This document shows, in pieces, positions 1-8,323 of a stretch of 64,000 bases of DNA (positions are counted from its first letter, which is position 1; every line of letters starts with the position of its first letter). The notes beneath the pieces are model-generated. The model had not been told where the DNA came from, searched no databases, and was given only the letters and a program-made list of their open reading frames with translations. Source of the DNA: Candidatus Saccharimonadia bacterium. Its GTDB lineage: Bacteria > Patescibacteriota > Saccharimonadia > UBA4664. The translations under genes were made by a program, and so were the position numbers. The stretch covers positions 128,299 through 192,298 of the forward strand of contig DATKIP010000076.1 of NCBI GenBank assembly GCA_035544015.1, given 5' to 3'.

Positions 1-3000
1 ACTATCTCGATACCGCAGGCCACAGCTTCCCGACCCAAGACGACCCTCAAAAACTATTCCTTGCCCGAACCGACACCAGTTTGACCCAAAATTGGGGCAC
101 CGGCTCGCCGGTGCCGAACGGGCCCACCACTGGCTATATGGTCCGGTGGACGGGGTCGTATACGCCAACCCTTACCGGCGCATACAACTTCAAGGCTACT
201 GTCAGCGATGGCGTACGGGTGACCGTTGGCAGTACGGTCGTCCTCGACGCCTGGAGCGACCATGAGCCGGCCGCCACTGTGGGCCCCACAGTCCCCGTTA
301 ATCTAACAGGCGGCACTTCCGTGCCGATTACAATCGACTATTACCAAAATTCGGGAACGAGCCAAATCTCGCTGCTAGTCAACAAGCCCGACAGCACCGG
401 GGCGTATGTGCCCGTGGAAACGACGTCGCTCAGTCCCCAGGCTCAGGTGCTCCCGGAAGGCTGGGCTCTAGGCATTGATGCGGATGGCAATCTTAAATAC
501 GACTACGCCGTTATCGGGCTAAATAGTGTCACGCTGCGCGACTCTACCGGCCAAACCCACGAATATAAATTCATCAACAACGGATTTACGCCGCCGACCG
601 GTGAAATCGGCCATATGGTCCGCAACGGCGACAGCACCGTCACCTTCCAGGATGCTGACGGCCGCACCTACGTCTTTAACCCCAACGGCACGCTCGCATC
701 CACCACCACGCCAACGGATGATCTACATCCGACAGCCCTCAAATACACCTACGCAGGTTCGCCGGCTCGCCTTACCCAAATTACTGATGGCGTAACTTCA
801 AATCGCTGGGCCAAGATATATTATGCGGGCGATACCACGAACTGCCCGAGCCTTACAGCAGGATACACGGCCTATACTGACGCGAGAGTTGTCGGTATGA
901 TCTGCGCTATTGCCACCTCCGATGGTACCCAGTCCACGCCAGTAAACGTGCTTAATGGGAATGTAACGCGCCTCTCCTACCAAATAACCACGCATCCCGA
1001 CAGCACGACCGCTCCGAATCTAGCTCGTATCGAAAAGCCCGGAACCGACTATACCGACTACGGCTATGACTCACTTGGCCGCGTCCTAAGTGTTCGCGAC
1101 AGACTAGCTAGTGATGCCGTTTACGCAACCCCCCAAGTGCGCCTGCCGGACGGCACCGAATTGACAACGATACAGTACGACGCTCTAGGGCGTGTATCGA
1201 ACGCCACATTGCCTGCCGCCACAGCTGGCGCAGTGAGGATCGCTCATACCTACAACTATTACACCGGCCAAACCCAAATGCATCTTACGGGCGCCACGGA
1301 GCCAAACGGCTTTAGCCGTAAAATCCTCTATGACGCGACCCTTCGAACTACCAACGATTACGATGTAGCAAACCTCAACACTCAGAGCGAATGGCACGGC
1401 AGCAAGGATCTTGTGCTCTCAACAACCACGCCCGCCGGGCTTAAATCCACAACGCTCTACGATTACGCCGACCGGCCAATTGACCAATACGGACCAGCAC
1501 CCAGCGCCTGGTTCGGTTCCGACCGTAAACCGCTGCCAGGAAACGAACCCGTTTCGGGACAGCCATACGTGAATCTTATTGCACATAAGCAAACTGGATA
1601 TGACGAGTCGACAGTAGCGGGAAATAGTGCGCTCAAGAGCCTAGCTGCCACATATTACAATGTCGATACATACACTAATGGCACCGGGCAGCCCGCCAAA
1701 GCACTCTTTGGCACTCCCAAGCTGCACACGACAGGTATAGGCGGCGCAAACGGTGACATCAATAAGACGTGGGCAGGTACGCCGCCGTTTACACCCGACG
1801 CCGCACCGGGTGGCGGCACCTACGGCTGGGGTACCCGGCTTAGCGGATATGTACACTTCACGGCGGCCGGCAACTACACCTTCCGAATCCAATCAGACGA
1901 TGGGGTGCGGCTCTGGCTTGATGACACCCTAATCATTGACGACTGGACCGATGGCAGCTCGCGCTCGCATGGAATGGTGGCTGGATACACAGGCTTTAAC
2001 AATACAGCCGACTCCTACCACCGTATCCGGCTCGATTACTACAACAAGGCCGTGGGCGGAGTCCTTAATACCGATGCCGCACTAACGCTCTACATGACCC
2101 CGCCCGCGGGCGGCGAAACGAGCGCTCTCGGCACCCTGCTAAACCCCGGATATGGTCTAGCTACAACGAATACCGTCTATGACTCCAACGCCAACGTTGG
2201 CAATAGAACGACAACAACCGGCTACGGCCCGAACCCCGAGCTTGGTTTGGCCCAAACCTCCATTGTTGACCCCACGGGACTAGCCCTCACTACAAACTAC
2301 ACCTACGAAGCCCAAGGGGCGGCTGGCAGCTTCTTGCGGCAGCTTACCAAAACGTTGCCAGGAGGCAATACAACCAACTACGCCCACTACGCAGCCACTG
2401 ATCCGCCGCGCGATAACCCATGTACGGTACCGGTTGAGTCCTACAACCAGGCGGGACTGCAAAAATTAATCACGCAGCCTGACCCTGACGGTGCCGGCCC
2501 ACAAACGCCAGTTACCACAGAGACGATTTACGACAATACCGGACATGTAGTAGCTTCCCGCTACAATACCGAGGCATGGAAATGCACCACCTACGACGCG
2601 CGCGGACGCGTCACCCAAGTTGCCACTCCCAGCCAGCCGAACACTCCGCACGTCACTCGTTCCGCGCGCACCGTCACCAACAACTGGTCTGTCGGCGGCA
2701 ATCCTTTGGTGACAAGTGTCGCCGACTCCACTGGAACGATTACCACTACCGTTGACCTACTGGGCCGCATAACGAGCTACACTGACGCCAAGAGCAACAC
2801 AACGACATACGGCTATGACATATTCGGCCGCCTGACCTCGAAGACGACCCCTTACGGCACCGAAAATTACGTTTACGATAACAATAACCGCCTCACCGCG
2901 CAGAAACTGGGCACAACCACGCTCGCAACCCCAAGCTACGACGCCTTCGGTCGCTTGACCGGCGTGACCTATCCCACGGTCGTGTCCTCGTTCCCGGTCA

Positions 3001-4526
3001 GCACCATGACCATGGCCGTTTCTCGCGACAATCTTGGAAGGGTCAATAATTACGATTACACTGTCGTGGACCCCGCCACATTCACAGTTAAGCACGTTAT
3101 CGACAACATCGCATTCAGCCAGTCGAGCCAAGCCGTCTCGGGCACCGAAGCGGGGGCCGCAAAGACCTATACCTACGACAAAGCCGACCGGCTCACCACC
3201 GCCACGCTTGGCACCCACAGCTTTAGCTACAGCTTCGGGGCTCCGACAGCCTGCACGGGAACCTATAACGCCAACGCCGGCAAGAACGCCAATCGCACGA
3301 GCCAGGTACAAGATGGCGTCACCACCACCTATTGTTACGACAATGCCGACCGCTTAATTTCCAACACAGCAAATGGTGGCGCCAGTGTATCCGCCCACAC
3401 CTATGACGCACACGGGAACTTCGCGACACATGGGATCGATGGCTCTAGCGGCGGCGGCAATACAAAGATTGAATACGACTCGTCGGACCGCGCCGTCTAC
3501 ACATCCGATCCGGGCACAAACACTACCAATATCCGGGATGCACAGGATCGCCTGCTTACGATGGATGATTTCTGGCACAGTGATTACGGCTACTCTGATC
3601 CGGGCGATACACCTGATTTTACCCGCGGAACAGCCGGCTACGTACAAGAGGCATACATCCGGCTTATCGGCGGCGTGCTCTTAACTAATCGCTTGGGCGG
3701 AAGCGGGCAGCTCGACGGCCAAAATGTTTCGATGCCTAATCTGCATGGTGATGTTTTCGCTATAGCCAACGGCACCGGATTGCTCAGACAGGGGAAGTAC
3801 CCCAACTATGGCATTTTCCAATACACACCATTCGGAAGGGACCTCACGGGCGTTGATGGCTCCGAAGCCCCCGACAATGCTATGGGAACAAATAAATTCA
3901 CCACGGTGGGTGGGTTTGGTAAGTTAACCGAGACGGGCAACACATCACAGTTTGTCTTCATGGGCGCCCGCCTCTACGACGCTTCCCTCGGTCGCTTTGC
4001 TCAGGTCGATCCGATAGACGGCGGAACCGAAAACAATTACGTCTATCCGCCGGACCCAGTCAACAACTTCGACCTGAGCGGTACAAACGCATGGGATACA
4101 GCAGGCACAGTTGTAGGAGTTGGCGCGCTCGCGGTCTGCGTCGTAGCAAGCGCAGGAGCCTGCGGAGTCGCGCTGGGCGCCGCTACGGTAGCGGGTGCAG
4201 CGATCGCAGGCATGGCTACCTGGCAAGACACCCATAATTTCTGGCTTTCTGCAGGCATAGGGGTAGCATCCGGCGTTGCTGACCGGCTAAGTGGAGGCCT
4301 CTGGAAAACAAGCTCAGTCTTTAGGGCCGGCGTATTAAGGCTCGGGGCGAAATATCAAAGCAAGGTAGTAACAAACATGAGAGCCGCTAAACTCGGTGCG
4401 AGCTACATTGGCGGGTTGATCGTAAACAAAGCTGCAACCTCGACAATAAGAGGCGTCTATGACGACTGGTGGCTATGGAGCAGGAGTAGGCGGCCCGATT
4501 ACGTTGGGCTTACAATGATAGCATGA
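1..4526 (+). CDS. Rhs/YD-repeat polymorphic toxin, 5'-truncated at window edge; two PA14 domains, YD repeats, RHS core ending RxYDxxxGRFxxxDP...PVNNFDLSG, then ~147-aa Gly/Ala-rich hydrophobic C-terminal tip
   Basis: Frame is open back to nt 3, so the gene starts upstream of the window. PA14 signatures: GYMVRWTG...DDGVRV and GYVHFTAAGNYTFRIQSDDGVRLWLDD. YD-repeat motifs: YTYDKADRL, YCYDNADRL, YTYDAHGN. RHS core motif: RLYDASLGRFAQVDPIDGG. TGA stop at 4524-4526. Confidence 0.85.
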   Translation, partial: YLDTAGHSFPTQDDPQKLFLARTDTSLTQNWGTGSPVPNGPTTGYMVRWTGSYTPTLTGAYNFKATVSDGVRVTVGSTVVLDAWSDHEPAATVGPTVPVNLTGGTSVPITIDYYQNSGTSQISLLVNKPDSTGAYVPVETTSLSPQAQVLPEGWALGIDADGNLKYDYAVIGLNSVTLRDSTGQTHEYKFINNGFTPPTGEIGHMVRNGDSTVTFQDADGRTYVFNPNGTLASTTTPTDDLHPTALKYTYAGSPARLTQITDGVTSNRWAKIYYAGDTTNCPSLTAGYTAYTDARVVGMICAIATSDGTQSTPVNVLNGNVTRLSYQITTHPDSTTAPNLARIEKPGTDYTDYGYDSLGRVLSVRDRLASDAVYATPQVRLPDGTELTTIQYDALGRVSNATLPAATAGAVRIAHTYNYYTGQTQMHLTGATEPNGFSRKILYDATLRTTNDYDVANLNTQSEWHGSKDLVLSTTTPAGLKSTTLYDYADRPIDQYGPAPSAWFGSDRKPLPGNEPVSGQPYVNLIAHKQTGYDESTVAGNSALKSLAATYYNVDTYTNGTGQPAKALFGTPKLHTTGIGGANGDINKTWAGTPPFTPDAAPGGGTYGWGTRLSGYVHFTAAGNYTFRIQSDDGVRLWLDDTLIIDDWTDGSSRSHGMVAGYTGFNNTADSYHRIRLDYYNKAVGGVLNTDAALTLYMTPPAGGETSALGTLLNPGYGLATTNTVYDSNANVGNRTTTTGYGPNPELGLAQTSIVDPTGLALTTNYTYEAQGAAGSFLRQLTKTLPGGNTTNYAHYAATDPPRDNPCTVPVESYNQAGLQKLITQPDPDGAGPQTPVTTETIYDNTGHVVASRYNTEAWKCTTYDARGRVTQVATPSQPNTPHVTRSARTVTNNWSVGGNPLVTSVADSTGTITTTVDLLGRITSYTDAKSNTTTYGYDIFGRLTSKTTPYGTENYVYDNNNRLTAQKLGTTTLATPSYDAFGRLTGVTYPTVVSSFPVSTMTMAVSRDNLGRVNNYDYTVVDPATFTVKHVIDNIAFSQSSQAVSGTEAGAAKTYTYDKADRLTTATLGTHSFSYSFGAPTACTGTYNANAGKNANRTSQVQDGVTTTYCYDNADRLISNTANGGASVSAHTYDAHGNFATHGIDGSSGGGNTKIEYDSSDRAVYTSDPGTNTTNIRDAQDRLLTMDDFWHSDYGYSDPGDTPDFTRGTAGYVQEAYIRLIGGVLLTNRLGGSGQLDGQNVSMPNLHGDVFAIANGTGLLRQGKYPNYGIFQYTPFGRDLTGVDGSEAPDNAMGTNKFTTVGGFGKLTETGNTSQFVFMGARLYDASLGRFAQVDPIDGGTENNYVYPPDPVNNFDLSGTNAWDTAGTVVGVGALAVCVVASAGACGVALGAATVAGAAIAGMATWQDTHNFWLSAGIGVASGVADRLSGGLWKTSSVFRAGVLRLGAKYQSKVVTNMRAAKLGASYIGGLIVNKAATSTIRGVYDDWWLWSRSRRPDYVGLTMIA

Positions 4527-4792
4527 GCAAAAGAACGACATGCTACTGCGGAAAACCATACGCCCCTCTGGACGGCAGATTCTTCAAACTAGGAGGTCTT
4601 GTGATAATCGCTGCAATCGCACAATGGATAATCACCGGTCCGGACATAGCCCATTACAGGGCCTTCGGTGGATTCCTTGCGGTCCTCGTAATAATGCTGG
4701 GATTTCTCGTCGTGGCAACTGTGGTAAGGCTGCGTCAGGGGCATACCATTTTCTGTGCGATATGGGATGGAATTCGGTCAACGGTTCTGTAG
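4523..4792 (+). CDS. small 2-TM membrane protein, putative immunity protein for the Rhs C-terminal toxin
   Basis: ATGA overlap with the Rhs stop suggests translational coupling. Hydrophobic segments GGLVIIAAIAQWII and FLAVLVIMLGFLVVATVV. Immediately 3' of the toxin tip. Confidence 0.5.
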   Translation: MSKRTTCYCGKPYAPLDGRFFKLGGLVIIAAIAQWIITGPDIAHYRAFGGFLAVLVIMLGFLVVATVVRLRQGHTIFCAIWDGIRSTVL

Positions 4793-4820
4793 GGATTAAG
4801 AGTATTTAAGGAGAGTCTGA

Positions 4821-5090
4821 ATGCAAAACCCATTGGCGCATGTCCCCGAAGAGAAGGCACAGAAGGAGCTGGTTCGGTTCCTGATCATAGGCTGGATAGC
4901 TGCGGTCGTAGCATTTGCTGTGTTCGGCTGGGCGTTCATTGTCGCGCTCGGTTGCGCCAGCCGATGCTTAATATTGAGTTGGCATACCGGTAATAAGGAA
5001 CGCTCAAAAGCTTGGCTTTATAAGCTGGCCAGCATATTGCTGCTAATCGTATCCATCTACGAGCTCTACCTGGTGGTCCACCAGCCCTAG
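4821..5090 (+). CDS. small 3-TM membrane protein (second immunity candidate)
   Basis: Strong SD (taaggagag) 8 nt upstream of the ATG. Hydrophobic helices. AT-richer than the flanking sequence. Confidence 0.5.
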   Translation: MQNPLAHVPEEKAQKELVRFLIIGWIAAVVAFAVFGWAFIVALGCASRCLILSWHTGNKERSKAWLYKLASILLLIVSIYELYLVVHQP

Positions 5091-5091
5091 C

Positions 5092-5691
5092 ATGATAAAA
5101 GCTCCCGAATTCTACCAAATCTTCAAGCAGCACGACGAGCCACTAAAGCAGGCCGGCTTTGCCCGGCAAGGCCGTCACAAATATAGCCGCAACGGCAATA
5201 CGCTCCAAATAATCCTCGGCAAATGGAGTTGGACCGAAGACGAGGGCTGGGATTTCTTCATCCGCATCACAGACCTAGCCTACCCGGCCGAAGGACACCC
5301 TCATCAACCATCCACAGACGTGACTCCCGCAACGCTCGTCTCGCAAAAGCTAATCGACCCAAGAGCGATTGATGCCGCATACAAGGCATATGCCGCCGAA
5401 CACAAAAATCTGTACGGGAATATCCCAAACAGAGCGTTCGTCTTCTACGACGCCGAGCATCTCGGTAAAATTCTGGACCTGTTCCTATCCGCTATCGTTC
5501 AGGCAGCCCACAACTGGGATACCTTCCGCAACGAGGAACGAAAGAAGCCCCGCGCCCCCTTCCGTAAGCACACGGCCGAGGAGCTCCAAGCTATTGAAGA
5601 CCGGATCGAGCGCGACCTGCGGTCGGCTGGCCTCCAAATGGAGTTGGTCACTCCGCCTAAAAAGACCAAGTCGGCCAACCCACCGGGTTGA
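5092..5691 (+). CDS. hypothetical protein in toxin-immunity operon (possible immunity/orphan module)
   Basis: ATG is 1 nt after the preceding stop. 199-aa ORF with protein-like composition. No motif recognised with confidence. Confidence 0.45.
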   Translation: MIKAPEFYQIFKQHDEPLKQAGFARQGRHKYSRNGNTLQIILGKWSWTEDEGWDFFIRITDLAYPAEGHPHQPSTDVTPATLVSQKLIDPRAIDAAYKAYAAEHKNLYGNIPNRAFVFYDAEHLGKILDLFLSAIVQAAHNWDTFRNEERKKPRAPFRKHTAEELQAIEDRIERDLRSAGLQMELVTPPKKTKSANPPG

Positions 5692-5787
5692 TTCCAGATG
5701 CCGCTAATGGTAAAACCAAACCAGATAGTTGTGAGCGTGGAGACCTTTTTGAGTACTTGCAGGTACGAAGCGAGGTGCAAACACTAT

Positions 5788-5822
5788 CAATAGAAAACGG
5801 GCTGAAGCCCGTTTTCTATTGT
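5788..5822. terminator. perfect 15-bp stem hairpin (caatagaaaacgggc-tgaa-gcccgttttctattg) between convergent genes
   Basis: Perfect inverted repeat seen directly in sequence. No strong U-tract on either side, so function as a terminator is inferred. Confidence 0.4.
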
Positions 5823-5841
5823 GACGGCATCAGAGCCCTAT

Positions 5842-6279
5842 CTAGATCAAATGGTTGTGCCGAAAGCTGTAGCACCCTTTCGCCGTCACAATAATATGAT
5901 CCCGCACGGGCATGCCAAGCAAGAGACCCGCCGCTACGAGCTGCTGGGTGGCCGATATGTCTGGCTGGCTCGGGCTGCACTCGCCAGAAGGGTGATTATG
6001 GGCCACGATTATAGATGCCGCCCGGTCAATAATTGGACCGGCAAATACTTCACGGGGGTGCGTGAGGGCCACATCAAGTAGCCCTATCGTAACAACGCGC
6101 CGGGCAATAAGGCGCATCGCACTGTCCAACGAAAGGCATACGAAGTACTCCTGCTTCTTGTCTCGAAAATAATCCAAGTACGGAAGTACATCCTGGGCAG
6201 CGTGCATCGGCCTGGCACTTTGCTCATGAGGTATAGTTTGACAGAACGGACAGGGAATCCCATCGGCGGTTTTCAGCAT
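5842..6279 (-). CDS. radC: RadC-like JAB/MPN domain protein
   Basis: JAMM motif HNHPSG followed by PSxxD and DHIIV. HPREVF motif. Typical RadC C-terminal domain. Confidence 0.8.
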   Translation of the reverse strand: MLKTADGIPCPFCQTIPHEQSARPMHAAQDVLPYLDYFRDKKQEYFVCLSLDSAMRLIARRVVTIGLLDVALTHPREVFAGPIIDRAASIIVAHNHPSGECSPSQPDISATQQLVAAGLLLGMPVRDHIIVTAKGCYSFRHNHLI

Positions 6280-6286
6280 AGCATTT

Positions 6287-6376
6287 TATAAACAAACTGT
6301 TTATACGGCATTGTTTTGAATGTATATGCAATCCCAAATATAAACAAGTCGTTTATATAACGATCTGTTTATATTT
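6287..6376. promoter_or_regulatory. operator-like palindromes TATAAACA-N3-TGTTTATA and TATAAACA-N4-GTTTATA plus a third half-site TGTTTATA, in the divergent radC/xre promoter region
   Basis: Read directly: tataaacaaactgtttata at 6287-6305, tataaacaagtcgtttata at 6340-6358, and tgtttata at 6366-6373. Confidence 0.45.
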
Positions 6377-6390
6377 CCTACGCTACAGGC

Positions 6391-6618
6391 ATGAGTAACA
6401 CACAAGAATCCAAGCAACTTATGGCCTTTGGCCGCAGACTAGCTGATGTACGGAAAAGCCGCGGGCTAACCCAGCAGCAGTTAGCAGAAAAGCTAAGTAT
6501 AAGCCTCGTATCCATCGGCTACATCGAAACAGGCAAACGCTGGCCGCGACTGGTAACCCTGCACCGGATTAGCGCTGCATTAGGCGTACGCCTCGAAGAA
6601 CTCTTTAAGGGGCTGTAG
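6391..6618 (+). CDS. XRE-family helix-turn-helix transcriptional regulator
   Basis: HTH signature RKSRGLTQQQLAEKLSISLVSIGYIETGKRWP. 75 aa. Confidence 0.8.
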   Translation: MSNTQESKQLMAFGRRLADVRKSRGLTQQQLAEKLSISLVSIGYIETGKRWPRLVTLHRISAALGVRLEELFKGL

Positions 6619-6818
6619 CCGACAAGCAACGTGCCAAGCGGCCATTTGGGAACACTTCCCTGCCGGCGCTCCATAGGGGATAATAGCAACAATACATTAG
6701 GAATCGTCATGAGTATCATGCCCTCTCACATCCAGTGACTGCCCGGCCGTAATGGCTAATCCTTCAGCATATTTCTGCTGTAAATAATTAGCAGCCATGA
6801 GCTGCTGAAGGATATAAC

Positions 6819-7724
6819 ATGTCAACACGATATTTCAATCACCGAGTCCAAAAAGCCCGACAATTCCTTGCTCAACGCATGTCCGGCGACACGCCAGAAC
6901 ATCCCGGGCTAACAACCTCATTTTGGAATTTACTCGAAAAAATTAAGCAGGATAGGGAAGCAGCGCTTGCCTTAGCCTACTCGCTCCTGGATACTTCGGC
7001 ACCATCCGAGCGCTTCTTTGCCGTTGTTTTGCTGGGTAAAATCTTCAACCCCACCGAGCGGCATCAGCGCGCCGAAGCCCGCCATATGATCGCAGTCTTG
7101 GCGGCCAGGGCCGCCCGCGAACGACACCCAGCTATCCTCACGCAAATCGGTTACGCCCTCGGCAAGCCGTATCTTCGTGAAGCCGTCCGGCCGCTCGTCA
7201 AACTGTCCCGCCATCCACACGAAGACGTTCGGTATGCCGCCACAGGTTCAATCGTGTCGGGTATTCATGAGCGGGCGCCAAAATATGCCCTAGATCGGCT
7301 ATTTGAGCTCATGCGCGATCCCGACCCAGACGTGCGCAATTGGGCCACTTTTGCCGTCGGGACACAGTTGGACATCGAAGCTAACAATAGTGACGCCATC
7401 CGCCAAGCGTTGCTCGACCGAACTCGCGACCGTCATTTTGAAACCCGCGCCGAAGCCTTTCGCGGCTTGGCTAGGCGAGGCGATCGCCGCGGAGTGCTAC
7501 CCTTAAAGCACTGGCTGGAACGCCAAGACCAGCAGGGCAAAACGATTTGGACTTGGGAGATCGAAGCCGCCGGCATATATGGCGATCCGATCTTTTATCC
7601 CGCGCTAACGAGCGTTGCCGAGTGGTGGAGGACAGACCAGCCAGTCATGAGCTGGGCACTGGCTCGCTGCCATCCCGATATGGAGATTCGGGACAGAACA
7701 TTGCTCGAAGACCAACTGTACTAA
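6819..7724 (+). CDS. HEAT/PBS-lyase-like repeat protein
   Basis: Repeated DP(D/N)xxVRxxAxxALG-type units (DPDPDVRNWATFAVG, HEDVRYAATGSI). SD aagga 7 nt upstream. Confidence 0.65.
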   Translation: MSTRYFNHRVQKARQFLAQRMSGDTPEHPGLTTSFWNLLEKIKQDREAALALAYSLLDTSAPSERFFAVVLLGKIFNPTERHQRAEARHMIAVLAARAARERHPAILTQIGYALGKPYLREAVRPLVKLSRHPHEDVRYAATGSIVSGIHERAPKYALDRLFELMRDPDPDVRNWATFAVGTQLDIEANNSDAIRQALLDRTRDRHFETRAEAFRGLARRGDRRGVLPLKHWLERQDQQGKTIWTWEIEAAGIYGDPIFYPALTSVAEWWRTDQPVMSWALARCHPDMEIRDRTLLEDQLY

Positions 7725-7840
7725 GCTTGCATTAATGTACTACTAATACTACAATAAATACCAAGAACATGAGTACGTTAACAGTTCGGCTAAGCACAAA
7801 ACACAAGCCCAAATTGCAGTACTCATAGTACAATAAAGTC

Positions 7841-8050
7841 ATGACACCAGTGCGACCAAGATTCCAAATCAACGCGGCTCCTGAAATACTCAACGAGGCC
7901 AAGGCCATTGCCTATAGTCGCGGGCTAAGTCTGACGGAATTTGTACTGCAAGCGCTCGCTAAAGACGGGAATGACAAGCTTAAAAAGCTCGTCGAAAAGG
8001 ACCTGGCTAACCGCACCCGGCCGGGCAATCCCTCTAAACCCAAATTCTGA
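7841..8050 (+). CDS. ribbon-helix-helix DNA-binding protein, DinJ/RelB-antitoxin-like (no cognate toxin seen)
   Basis: RFQINAAPEILNEAKAIAYSRGLSLTEFVLQAL matches the beta-strand plus two-helix RHH pattern of DinJ/RelB. Confidence 0.45.
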   Translation: MTPVRPRFQINAAPEILNEAKAIAYSRGLSLTEFVLQALAKDGNDKLKKLVEKDLANRTRPGNPSKPKF

Positions 8051-8138
8051 AAAAGCCATAACTTAGCCGAATTGCTACATTTCGCGAATGTTCGCTGAAA
8101 CTTGTTTTGATGGCAAATTACGGTAAGCGAGGGTAGAA

Positions 8139-8312
8139 ATGGGCAGAGTTAAAGGCGCAAAGAACAAAGAGAAGTCCCCTGAAATCTTCAGCATGACGAC
8201 AGACGATCGCATCACTCTCCTAGCCAACATTATCGTCGACGCCATCGCTGATAAGGAAACTCGAGAAGCCATTGACGCGGCCATGGCTAAAGAAGCCCAA
8301 GAGAAGCAATAG
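8139..8312 (+). CDS. 57-aa hypothetical protein immediately upstream of the recombinase (possible RDF/accessory)
   Basis: ATG preceded by gcgagggtagaa. Ends 11 nt before the recombinase start. Below the 60-aa cutoff of the ORF track. Confidence 0.3.
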   Translation: MGRVKGAKNKEKSPEIFSMTTDDRITLLANIIVDAIADKETREAIDAAMAKEAQEKQ

Positions 8313-8323
8313 GGGAGGGGAAT

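Noticed and set aside
4540-4809. ORF 4540..4809 in an alternative frame to the putative immunity gene
   Set aside because: The 4523 frame is coupled to the Rhs stop and encodes clean TM helices. The alternative frame is Arg/Cys-rich with no start context.
5688-6081. Plus-strand ORFs 5688..5894 and 5821..6081
   Set aside because: They overlap the terminator hairpin and are antisense to the well-supported radC-like gene. They lack start context.
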